A stretch of DNA of 62,894 nt, counting the filler, from Nemertoderma westbladi (taxonomy: Eukaryota > Animalia > Xenacoelomorpha): NCBI GenBank assembly GCA_032718475.1. It is 3 parts of 3 records of this genome, joined end to end, with 100 filler letters (N's around TTAATTAATTAA, not from the genome) between each part and the next. Parts side by side here need not be neighbours in the genome. Positions count along the whole stretch, not along the records: positions 17,995 to 41,658 come from JAUCBJ010007665.1; 2 more parts are not named here. The stretch is one strand, 5' to 3'. A program made the position numbers and the translations under genes. Shown piece after piece: positions 26,265-37,819 of this stretch (positions are counted from its first letter, which is position 1; the number at the start of each line of letters is the position of its first letter). The notes beneath the pieces were generated by a model that was not told the origin of the DNA, did no database searches, and was given only the letters and a program-made list of their open reading frames with translations.

Positions 26265-28022
26265 TTAACTAGCATCTTTTAGTTGAGGCATAAGAACTTT
26301 CAGCGAATTCCCTACTAAATATAAACTCCCCACAATAAAGCACTGTATGTGTCCCGCTCTATCCACTCCTGTATCATTCGCACCTACATTACTAAGGGAA
26401 CTAAACTCCGGGTAGTCTATAGTGAGGTCCGAGTTGCGACCTTCGCTAACCCACATCAAGGCGTCCTCCACACAGCGGAATACCCTCGTGGAGTCACATC
26501 CCCCCATCCGTTTCCAACACTCCTCGTTCCGCACAACACGCCTCGCTTCGCTCCCTCGGTCTACCGTGTAGTTGGTGCTGTCCGCGAACACCTCCCGCAG
26601 ACTCACAACGTTCGGACAGAAAACCGCCAAGGTGAAAGCGCAGCCTAGCAACGGGGTCATCAGATCGACGCCGCTCCGGTCGCCGCTGTAATTAAACACG
26701 AGAACTCTGGCGGCCATCGCCGACATTCCGCTCGCCTCCGCCTCCGCAACCGATTTAAACCAATCCACGGAGGCCGCCATGCTGGCCGCGGTGTGCGCGC
26801 CGTCCAGATAGTAGGTGATGCGCTCCTTGCAGATCGTCTGGTTGCGACCCAGCCACTCGCAATGCCGCAGTGCCGTTAAATAATCACCGTTTAACATAAA
26901 CGGCGCGCAAAGCGAGATCTCTTCTAACTCTTGTACTAATGTATTTCCCTCAGCTAAATTATTATTTCCCTCTATTTGTTGTTTATGTCCATCTTCTAAT
27001 ATATCAAGCTCCTTTATATTATTTCCTGCTAGTAGATTATTTACCTTCTCCAGATTATTTACCGCTGTTTCTTTGCCCTTTGCTACTATATCTCCCCCTG
27101 GAATATTTTCTTGAGTTAATTTATTTCCCTCTGATAACTTATTTCCCGTTTTATCGACCGCCTCCATAAAAGTTTTAGTTAACTGCAGCGCCAATGAGGC
27201 GTTGTATTCTTGGTGTTTTCCCGCCAATCCCAGTACAATCTCTTCACCGCTGTACGTCGCGTACTCACGCAATCCCGGTACCTCGTACAGCCGAGCACCC
27301 ACCTCGATGGCTCTCTCCCTCAGCACCGACAATGCCGCCGCATCCTGCGGCACAGAGAATGCCGGGGCCCCGACTTTATAAATACCGGCTTTATGCCACG
27401 CGATATCCTCTATAGAGGGTCCCAGTATATGGGTGTGGTCCAGCCCTAACGAGGTGGTTCCCGTAACAACCGGACGACGGATAATGTTGGTGCAGTCGAA
27501 ACTTCCACCCATACCCACCTCCAGAACCACAGCAGCAACACTCTCTCCAAGGAACACGTGGAAAGCCATGATGGTGAGGAACCGGGTGTACTCGGGCATA
27601 TCGCATCTGGTTGTTTCCAGTCGTTTGTAGAGCCGCCAGAAATATTCTGTGAACTGATGTTTAGAGAGGGGCCTTCCGTTGATTCTAATTCGTTCTCTTA
27701 CCTCAACCAGATGGGGTGAACTGTAAAACCCAGTGGTGTAACCATGGCTACGTAGGACGCGTTCGCACATAGCGCATACGGAGCCCTTACCCTTGGTGCC
27801 ACTCACGTGGATTGCATTGAGTTTATCTAGGTCCGCCACCTCTAATCCGCTTCTCTTAAGCCACGCCGCCACATGGTGTAGGTTATCTCGTTGCCGGTAA
27901 TTCCCTTGATTTTGAATTTCCCGCCGGGATTTTTCGATTACGGCGGCGTTTCTTTGCAGCCCATTAAGCGCTTCGATAGCTTCGTCGTACGCCTTGCCGA
28001 TCGACTGAGACTTCACTGCCAT
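26265..28022 (-). CDS. FPGS: Folylpolyglutamate synthase, single-exon CDS (585 aa)
   Basis: Contains IHVSGTKGKGS (P-loop), TGFYSSPHLVEVRERIRING, VLEVGMGGSFDCTNII, LGLDHT, IAWHKAGI, YYLDGAHT and GSLYLVG, in the eukaryotic form. Confidence 0.96.
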   Translation of the reverse strand: MAVKSQSIGKAYDEAIEALNGLQRNAAVIEKSRREIQNQGNYRQRDNLHHVAAWLKRSGLEVADLDKLNAIHVSGTKGKGSVCAMCERVLRSHGYTTGFYSSPHLVEVRERIRINGRPLSKHQFTEYFWRLYKRLETTRCDMPEYTRFLTIMAFHVFLGESVAAVVLEVGMGGSFDCTNIIRRPVVTGTTSLGLDHTHILGPSIEDIAWHKAGIYKVGAPAFSVPQDAAALSVLRERAIEVGARLYEVPGLREYATYSGEEIVLGLAGKHQEYNASLALQLTKTFMEAVDKTGNKLSEGNKLTQENIPGGDIVAKGKETAVNNLEKVNNLLAGNNIKELDILEDGHKQQIEGNNNLAEGNTLVQELEEISLCAPFMLNGDYLTALRHCEWLGRNQTICKERITYYLDGAHTAASMAASVDWFKSVAEAEASGMSAMAARVLVFNYSGDRSGVDLMTPLLGCAFTLAVFCPNVVSLREVFADSTNYTVDRGSEARRVVRNEECWKRMGGCDSTRVFRCVEDALMWVSEGRNSDLTIDYPEFSSLSNVGANDTGVDRAGHIQCFIVGSLYLVGNSLKVLMPQLKDAS

Positions 28023-28276
28023 TGCTGATTGTGGAAATAGAATATCTACCGGTTGGTCGATAATAAATAACCGCGGTATCTATATATAGGCCTAATATCG
28101 ACTGAAATTAGTACTTACATAATACAGTAATACTAACACAAACATTTGTGCTCTATCACTGATCACTCTAACCGCTAATTACTATAAGTACCCCTACCAC
28201 CACCTACTACTACTAACATCTGCCCATCCCTTTATCGTGGCCATGTTCTGAAATTGCGTCAGGTATGTACGTACAT

Positions 28277-29205
28277 TAGGGCGGTGCGTTTTTTACTTTT
28301 TTTCGATTTCATTGTTCTACCGGTGCACACAAGTTGCCAAATGGTAAAAAAATAAGGCAAAAAAAATTCTTTTAATTTCGTCTATATCTTCACGGATCCC
28401 AACAGGGTTCGAATTTTGTGCCATCGCGATGGACCATAATGAAATTTATAACAATATAACACATTGATGAAAGATCAATGACTCAAAAAAGAACTTCCTG
28501 CATGCATCAAATGTCATCAAATGGGTCCAAACTTAGTTAGATACCAACATTTTGATTTGTGGATTAAGGGAAGTAGTGCCACAGGCACATGACCAGAACT
28601 TACTCTTCGGCGCAAGTGATGATTATTCTCAATTTTGGTGATGGACAACTTTTAGTTCTCCTACACGGCATTATTATTATGCTCATTAGAACCGCAATGA
28701 CCGATTTAGTGGGGGTATAGACACCATCAAAATAAGCATAGAGCGAATAGTTCTTGAGATAATACAGAAAATGTTAAGTACGGCACAAGTCAACATTACT
28801 GCCTTTGATGATTTATAGACAAATACACAAAAATGTTACTTCTAATTATCTTAAGGCATCAAAAATAGACACATCACTGCAACAAATTGATTTAGTGTAT
28901 ACAGAGACCTTCAAAATTAAAGAGTAGTGATTAATTCACTATAGTTTTTGTACAAAATGTGTGGAATGGGTCAACTCAATATCAAGTAGTAATTGGTGGA
29001 TATAGTCTTGACATTTTGTAAAATAACTCAAAAACTAATGACTCTACTCTTATTTTGAAGGTGTCTTCACCCATTATATCGATCATTTCTGTGATGTGTC
29101 TATTCTTGATTCCTTGAGATAATTCAATATATCATTTATAGTGTATTTGTCCATATCACATCAAGGCGGTAATGTAGACTTGTGCCGTATTTCACATTTT
29201 CTGCG
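28277..29205. mobile_element. Degenerate non-autonomous DNA transposon with internal inverted repeats
   Basis: 28760-28960 is mirrored by 29000-29202 (e.g. TACGGCACAAGTC.ACATTAC.GCCTT vs AAGGCGGTAATGTAGACTTGTGCCGTA). Confidence 0.5.
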
Positions 29206-29744
29206 ATGCAGTAGTCCTTGGCGTAGACTGAAACTTTTACAATAGGCTATAGGCAGATAGGTAATTCAATGCGTATTTATTACAGGTATTGTCTGACTAT
29301 ATGTTTTGTATCACTATCATAGTTGAAATATAGTTCAGTAAACTATATTTTGTAATTTATTATTTTTGTACTGATATTTTGACATTTCAAATGGCTTAGA
29401 ATGAAATAAATATTTAATAAAAATGTAATTACCGTAATTAACCATTAATACTACAAGGCGTGGCATTGGTGATGGTGACATATGACATATAGGATGACGT
29501 TTGGGTGGATCTGGCGACATGGCAAAGTAAGTGTAGGGCCTAGTGGTAGCGTTATACAGTATGTTATATGGTTACTATATATTGTTATTACCGGTAGTAA
29601 ACTGTACTTTATATTATTATTACTTTACAGTTATACAGTTTACAGTCCGACCCTCAATTCTTTGAACGCTGCATTACAGCAAGCCAATGCAGTAGATTGC
29701 ATGGCGGGGGCACAAATTTTTTGATAAACAATCATAGCATCTTA

Positions 29745-31270
29745 AGACATTATAGTGCCCGCGGGCACTATAACGTCTCAGTACCTTTAGTGCCCGCGGT
29801 TTTAGTCGCATTGGCGCGGGCACTAATGTCCCATAGGATGTTAGGGCCCGTGAGATATTAGTGCCCTCCTAGCGACTTATACAGTAGTTACTATACAGTA
29901 TGTAATACAACGGGCCAGGAGTTCCCGCATCTCGGTATTTAACCTATTAAATTTCAACTTGGATCTTTCATGATTAAAAAATTTATTAACATAGCAGCTA
30001 GACATAGTAGCATTTATATTATTTGGTTTTGCGGTAAAGTCTTCAAGGAATGAGGATTAAGTAACGGCGTTTGATTGTTTATAAATAACCAACTTTTGAT
30101 TGAGTATAATTAATTTGTTTAACAGTGTGTAATAAAAAAATAAGGTGGAGTACTACAGTATAATCGTCCGAGTAATACGAAATCAACTAATATATTATTA
30201 TGAATGAATGATTTCAAGAAAAATACTCAGTCGTCTGTCTGACATTTTGTCGACGAATTGAAACTAAAGTATTACTTTTAGTTAATTAAATTACATGTAG
30301 GGAATTAATTAAATTAGTAGTCGAGTAGACGCTTGGTACATTACTGCAAATGCAAAAGTTATTTCATCGACATTCCTTCACCTTTATTTTCACGTTCCAC
30401 TGTCAATACCGGTTATCATCCCATATAAACAACATATCAATTCGGTGTGACCACTGCTACTTAGGCAAGGATAAACCTGCGCCATTCTGTCCATACATGC
30501 GTCGGCCACAAAGTCAACATTCGAATTAATATATTTCCGCCAGTTTTTGAGGTTACATAGAGCAGTAGAGAGATTTAGGGAGCTGACAGCATGTATTCCT
30601 GAGAGAGAGGTATGTTGGTGCATTACTTGGCCACAGTGATGAGCTCCAAATTGCACACCGAGCTATGTATGTATTACAGGTTCACTACCAGTAACAGTGT
30701 TTGCCATAACACGTGCAAGCTTACAAAATTTGTAACTCCTAAATGCAAACATAATAATTATTCCATAAATTTTTATTTTCTCCGGCTTAGTTTCTTCTTA
30801 TTTATAATTGACCAGTGTCTAACTAGGTAAATACCCCTGCAGGTTGACTTATTGTTGTTGCTATGTAAAACATCTGTCGTTGATAAATAGTGTTCTAGAA
30901 AAAAATGATCAATGCGGAATATGTGAAATATAACATAATTTCAAATGGTTTATACAAGTTAACACTTTCAGCAAAAAAAACTGCAGTCATACCCAATTTG
31001 AACGGTGGTCGTACTGTCTACTTGACTATAGTGTAGGCCTATGTTAATGGAGTTGGCCGTTGTCGACGAATTTGGTTGAATGGGTTATAAGTAAGAAAAA
31101 CGCATTGCCTTATACTAACTTTCAAATACAATGCGGGCACTAATGACTCGCAGGCACTAACGTCTTACTTGCAGACAAGGTCCCCGGGCACTAATGACTC
31201 GCGGGCACTAAAGTCCTGAGACATTTGTGCCCGCGGGCACTTACGTCTCGCGGGCGCTAATGTCCCCCAA
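29745..31270. mobile_element. Non-autonomous DNA transposon with subterminal palindromic TAGTGCCCGCGGGCACTA repeats
   Basis: Clusters of GCGGGCACTAA / TTAGTGCCCGC motifs occur at 29745-29870 and 31133-31268 around an AT-rich interior. Confidence 0.55.
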
Positions 31271-33387
31271 TCATCTCAAAGTGCAGCTGCAATGCAGCAG
31301 GCCGATAGCGTTGATAGTACAAATACATATAACTGTATAAGGGTAGATACTAATTATAGAGTAAAATAGTTGAAAGATCCTATTGTACCGGTCCCTATCA
31401 TAGTATTAGTATTACTGCACATTATTATATAACATTTATATTAAAGAAGATTCACAATAATGTACTCACTACACTGCACTCACTACTTGATTCACCCATG
31501 ATCTTAATTTTACCCATAAAACACAAATTCACTGCAAACCTGCCATCAATCTCACGTACTCGTACTGGTACCGTATGTGCCTTTGGGTTAGGGTAGAGAT
31601 TAAAAGAGATGAACACGTGTACTGTCACCATTTCTTTGATTGATTGGTGGTTTGGTTAAATATCTCAAATACCGCACAGATTTTATGATAGAATCGTTCA
31701 ATTTTAATTAGTATTTCATAACTACGCCTCGTGCTGCGCGAAGTCCCCACGAACGTGTCCGATTCCTAGCCTATGGGCGGACAATAAATATTAGATTTTT
31801 AATTTACAGATTATACCACCTTTAACGCCACGCCACGCCCACATCAGAACATAATATGATAATAATTTACCGACATACTGACTAAATGGGGGCTTGATAT
31901 ATATACTGTATATACCATAAGGTACTCGTACTACAGTAATAAGTACATGCCCAGCCCAGCCCCAGACACCAGGTAGGGGGGGGGGGGGGGGGGGTGTGGT
32001 GGTGTGCGAATGTGCGTTAGATCACCAAACTGTCTTCAGGCCAAACCCTGTTAGCCAATTACTGTTAAACACGTCTTGTCAGGTTTTACAAAGACAAAGA
32101 TTTGGCAAAGACAGAATATGAAACTCCCTCGTCATCCTCTTTTAATATCCGGCACTGTTAGGCTGTAAAGAATAAAGTCACTTACACGTCAGTACAGTGA
32201 TAAAGCGAAGTAGAACATAGCAGAGCTGGTAGAGCAGTATAGATCGACAGGTAGTTGGTAGAGAGTATAACAGTATAACTGTTTATGCTGTTATGGGCAT
32301 ACAGCAGTACTGTAGAAAACTGTCTGACAGTCAATTTTCTGCCTTTGTTCATTCTCCGTCTGTCCGTATACGTTACTGCCTTAAAAAATCTTTAAAACAT
32401 AGGCCTGTAGGCCTACCCATCCCATCATCCAGTTTGAGTTATTACCGTACGGCCGTACCGCAGTACCGGTACTGCGGTATCGTTGGTCAGTTGGTGGTAG
32501 GCAGGTAGTTAGGCCTACAACTGTACAATACACTCCAGCACAATGATATGATATACTGCAGTACTGGCTTACCAGACTGGAATCCATACACTTTGCGCCG
32601 GATTAATTCCAATTCGGCGCGCTCGAAAATCACAAATCAGCAAATCGCGCCAGCTTGGCGCTCCAAAAATTACCTAAAAACCGGCGCCAATTTGGGTGGT
32701 TTAACAATTACGGAAGTGCCTTAAAACATAAAAATGCATTATTACCAGTCTAAAAATTTCGGCTCGCTTCGCACTTCGCTTGCCTTTCTTTATTCTGTTG
32801 TTTGTATGGTTACTGCTGTACTGCGGTCAGGCGGTGGCAGGCTGGTTTGGTTTGGTTACACACCTTCAAAATCTGAAAATTTAAATTGCAGCTCGGTTAA
32901 AAATTGTTTCAACTTACCCTGCTTACTGCTTACTGCAGTACCAGAGTACTGGCTGACTGGCAGTGCACCAGTCAGCCAGTGGCGCCGCACTGCCACTTCG
33001 CCGCAGGTCACCTCGCCGCAGATAATGTGCGGCGAGGTGTCTTTGCGGCGAGGTGACCAGCACCCGATTCCATACAGCAGTACAGGCTGGCATGGTACCG
33101 GTACTACCTGACTATTCACACTCACTCAGCTACTGGCAGACTGGTAAGATGGTCCTGGCACCTGGGGAATATGCAGTTTTTGGGGTACCTACACGGCCAT
33201 TGGATTTTTATACTGTATGAAACTCGCTGGTTACAGTAGTGGCGGCCTCAACCCTAATTAAAACTGTCATGTAACTCTAACCCTAAGTCATAATCTAAGA
33301 AATTTAGCGGAATTTCTTAGATTGTGACTTAGGCAGTCAGGGAGATCATCAATTTTGGGGTTACCCCAAATTTCGAATTCTGGTAAT

Positions 33388-33640
33388 AGACTGTCGAAAA
33401 TTTGGGTTTTTTGTTCAAATTTGAGGTATTTTTAGACTCATAATATCGAGTGTTGCTGCGACTTAGGGAAACTGTTGGAGCAACTTCTACTTTTAATATG
33501 TTAAAATATAATGTAAAATAAGAACTTTTATCGATGCAATAAAATATTTCACCGATGCAAACATGCTTTTATTGGGGGCGAAAATTGAAATTTGATGTTA
33601 AACCTCAAATTTGAGCCAAAACCTCAAATTTCGCCAGTCT
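33388..33640. mobile_element. Small MITE-like inverted repeat
   Basis: AGACTGTCGAAAATTTGGGTTTTTTGTTCAAATTTGAGGT is mirrored by ACCTCAAATTTGAGCCAAAACCTCAAATTTCGCCAGTCT. Confidence 0.5.
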
Positions 33641-34109
33641 TTACAACATCACCAGCCTGCCAGCAGTAGGGTGGAGCACTAGGCAGCTAGGCTTTGTTGC
33701 TTAGTGCTTAGGCTATAGCAAGTAAAATAATACTGAATGCTTTCCATATTAAAAGTGGCGCCTGTCTGCCTGTAGTGTGATAGAACCGATTTGGTTTTGC
33801 TGTTTTGTGATTTGGGCTTTTATGACACTGGCACACGACAATACGGCTGTACGATAGGGGGTAGGCCTACTGCAGAACTGCAGTATGACAAACAAAATTA
33901 ATATACTATACTGGTAATAGTATTAGGCCCAAGGCATACTGTATTATATAATAGTCCTTTCTATTTGATATTCATATACTATTACTGTATTACTATCTGA
34001 CTATACCACTACGTACAGCACAGCAGTACCTACCTTCTACCTATACCTGTATAGTATACTGATACTGTGATACGGTTGTCTAACTTAATTAATAATTGTT
34101 CAATCGATC

Positions 34110-34829
34110 ATGGACGCCATATTCGGACAAAGAAAGATTGAGTGGAAGGCATTGGGTGATTTCTCTCATTTAGAGAATTCGGTTTGTCGCCATTTACGCG
34201 ACGTTTACTCGACGCTGGCCCTCGGCATGGCTACGGCGGCTGTGGGGTCATACGCCGCAATGTACCTCGGAGTAATGCGTCTCGGTTTCCTCACTGCGCT
34301 CATACCGCTGGGACTCATGTTCTGGCTCTTGTGGGTCCCTGATGAACCGAAACAGCTGACGAAACGTACGGCTATATTCTGCGGGTTTACGGCTGCATCG
34401 GGGTTCACCATGGGTCCGCTGCTAAACATCGCGATGTTAGTGAACCCATCGCTAATCCCAACCGCTTTCTTCTCCACAATGATCCTATTCGTTTCCTTCT
34501 CGCTATCCGCTTTGTTGTCTAAGAGACGAAGTTTCCTGTACCTCGGGGGAATGCTTATGTCCGGGCTCGGGATCCTCACTATGCTCAGTCTGGTCAACCT
34601 CTTCTTCAGATCCGAGATGCTCTTCAACGCCCATTTGTACCTCGGTCTCTTCGTTATGTGCGGTTTCATTCTGTTCGACACGCAGCTCATTATCGAGAAG
34701 AACCGCCGAGGCAGCCGGGATCACGTGCGACATGCGCTCGACTTGTTCCTCGACATCATTCACATCTTCAGGTCTATCCTCACCATCCTCCTGAAGCGTG
34801 AGCGGGATAACCAGCGTAGACGGCGTTAG
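34110..34829 (+). CDS. TMBIM6: Bax inhibitor-1, single-exon CDS (239 aa)
   Basis: Contains HLRDVYSTL, multiple TM helices, NPSLIPTAF, RRSFLYLGG, GFILFDTQLIIEK, LDLFLDII and a basic C-terminal tail. AATAAA is at 35029. Confidence 0.96.
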   Translation: MDAIFGQRKIEWKALGDFSHLENSVCRHLRDVYSTLALGMATAAVGSYAAMYLGVMRLGFLTALIPLGLMFWLLWVPDEPKQLTKRTAIFCGFTAASGFTMGPLLNIAMLVNPSLIPTAFFSTMILFVSFSLSALLSKRRSFLYLGGMLMSGLGILTMLSLVNLFFRSEMLFNAHLYLGLFVMCGFILFDTQLIIEKNRRGSRDHVRHALDLFLDIIHIFRSILTILLKRERDNQRRRR

Positions 34830-36651
34830 GTGCCGCGCTGTCTGAGTGAGTGGATGGGAGGGCACTGCTGTCTGTGACTATTTACTTTCAGTTTTAATGT
34901 ATATACTATTACTACGTAACTAACTAGTAACACTTTTATCTCAGTAAACCCCGACCTAATAATAATTGTTCAACTCTATTTTCCCTTAAACTTCTCTTCT
35001 GTGTTTTTATACAACACGATAACTAATCAATAAAATACTATATTTTAAGTGATGCTCGTTCCACGATAAATAATTTAAAAGTTTAAATTTAACTTAATGA
35101 AACTTATAGCTTATGAAGTACAGCAAAACTTGTATTAGCTTTAGGCGTTAAAAATATATTTTAATTAAATATTACATTGAAATGGTCCTCATATATTGGA
35201 ATGTATTACAAATTATTATTGGTTTGTTTATTGGGTAATCATATTCCTTAATAATTCATTCAGCTTATTAAATTAGCGGTTGCGGTATGGGGTTTAAAAT
35301 AATAAACAAATTTAGCAAATGGATGAAATATTAATATAAATGTCAGTGGAAACACAATGTATCTCATATATACAAAAAATAAACCGACATTCGTAACAGC
35401 GTGATTATAAACAATTTAAATAAAATTTATTTAGCTTTTGGTAACTAAACTTGTCATGTTTGTTAAAAACAATACCTTTTTTATTATTGTTAATAATATT
35501 ATACCGATTGCGATTATAACGATATAGTTAAATCAATTTGTTGAGGTTTCGCTCCATTAATCTTCCTAAGTTCACAGATTCCGGAATTCCATTCTACTTG
35601 ACGGGTTTTCATGCAAATATAAAAATCAATAAATATTATACTAGTAGTGCTCAATCCTTGTTACATTTATACACGGTTCATTCCTCCACTTTATTAACTT
35701 AATTTATAAAATAGTGTATTTAAAAGAAACACCAAATTTTTAAGGATTTTATCGCAAACCTTAGTACTGTAGTAGTCTGTTGGTGGAGCTCAACCCAAAT
35801 GTTGTACGTATATACATGCTCGAATTAAATATAAAAGCTGCCCGTTTTCTCAAATACACTGAAACCTGATATAATTGTAGTTCTTTGTAAGTGACGTAAA
35901 GTTCTTTATCTACTCGTTATCTGTTGGTTTATAAATGAAATCAGCTTATGTTTTTCTAACCCTCTGTTTATTATGTCAATGTTGTGCGATATAGTTGTGT
36001 TGTAGCATGGCGGGTATATAAATATATTTAAATACCAAATGAAATATATAGGCTACATTATGTATTGCTTTAGTAAGTTCCTGGTATTACCATTATCAGA
36101 GATACTTTTATTTAACTTCAGTATTTTATTGTTCGTTTGCAAATTGTATTGGAATTGGATAAATGCTTTGAATATTATACTAGGACTAGCATTTAGATTG
36201 TAATAACAGCTCAATTTATTTTTTAAATTGTTTGTCCCTTTAATTCATGCAGGATGGATGCAAGCCGAACTGAACCGGGGATAAGATAGCGGGATATTAT
36301 TCCGGTGGTATATGATGAATTTTATCATGTACTTGTACAAAGGTACATTATATTTACTTTTTATCCCGTATGCAGTGCTGACTTTTGACGGATATTAGAT
36401 AGCAGTATAACGGTGATACTGATCGGTGCAACAAAAGTACGACGTCAATCACTTTGTAAAATATCAATACCAATGCATTACATACGATGTAAACACCAGA
36501 CCACGAGACATCCAACAAAGGTCTGAGTATGTTTGTCCGACAGTTACAGATAGTCGTTAGCGGTGGATGGGGGGGTAGCCGGTATGTGAGGACGACGATA
36601 ACACAGAGGAAATCGTGTTGTCCTGCCGGCGAGAAATCGCTCGCGAATATA

Positions 36652-36789
36652 ACCCGAACTATCTATCATCACCTTTGTACGAAAACTTTATCGAACTATC
36701 TATCATAACCTTTTGTACGTAAACTTTACCCCGAACTATCTATCATAACCTTTTGTACGTAAACTTTACCAAACTATTGTTCATCACCT
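36652..36789. repeat. Degenerate outlying copies (~3.5) of the 40-bp satellite
   Basis: CCGAACTATCTATCATCACC...TTTTGTACGTAAACTTTACC, the same unit as 37820-41658. Confidence 0.9.
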
Positions 36790-37819
36790 GAAAAGTCCAG
36801 TAGTATACCGCCCACCGGATCCTAGTGACGATGTATCTTACTGTAAGATCTAGTACCGTATACGGGCTCGTACAGTATCTGACAATAAATCCCAGTCAAG
36901 GGTGTCTAAATAAACAGATACTAAATACGCAAACTACTACTGGCGAGGAACGGAGCCTGGTGTCTATTCTAATACGTGGGCGAGTCAAATGCCCGGCGAA
37001 CAAGACAAAGCAGGATACCCGGCCTCTAACCGGTGAGGCAAATGTGCAGTCTACGGAGACAGACCAAACTCACGAGGAAAACAATCCCCGCGCAGCGAAT
37101 CCTAACTATCGCTAACGGACCTAAATACCGTAAACTTGCCGCGGTTTGATTTATATGGTTTATATACGAGCTAGTGGATTAACAGACTAGCGTAACAATA
37201 CTGACAGTACAAATCAGTCTAAAGGGGATACTGCCTAAAGTAACAATACTCCTCTTGCCGTAAAACTAAATATCACTTATCTCTCTCTAATTTACAAACT
37301 ACGAATAGTAAAATTACAAAGTAGAATCCTATCAGAAAGTAATCTAAAGTAAGCAATAACTAGCAATAACTTTAGGGCGTGTGTGTGTTACGAATAAAAC
37401 AATTTTGGTGTACTCCATTGTACTAGGTTTTAGTGATTTTTGATCGTAACAATACCGGGCGCTAGCTACTAAAATAAGCTAGTCGCGCTCTGTAGGGCGT
37501 AATACTTACAAAATGACATCAAAGCTCTCTCCTTCCTATCCACAATTCAACCGGGCAATTACGGTGTTAGTAACTACACCCGTGATCGGCACAAATACCA
37601 GATTCTGGTTGTAAGATAAGAAATAGTTGTTAATTGCTACCGTACGTTAGCTGATCTGGTATACAAATTTGATTCTAGAATTTTGTTGCTGCAGTGGTTA
37701 GCAGCAATACCTATCAGTACGTGGCAAGGCGCGGTAGGATATTAATAAAACCTCCCTAGGCCAAGCATGTGCCGGTAGCAGAAATACTCATTGCCTGATC
37801 AAATATAAATTAAATTAAA

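Noticed and set aside
23813-34829. Bacterial contamination or HGT as the explanation for intron-less genes
   Set aside because: MED27 is eukaryote-specific, FPGS and BI-1 are of the animal type, and the genes are embedded among eukaryotic transposons.
14983-34865. Short antisense or overlapping ORFs over ECHDC3, KDSR, MED27, FPGS and TMBIM6
   Set aside because: They are shadow ORFs of GC-rich coding sequence with no recognisable motifs.
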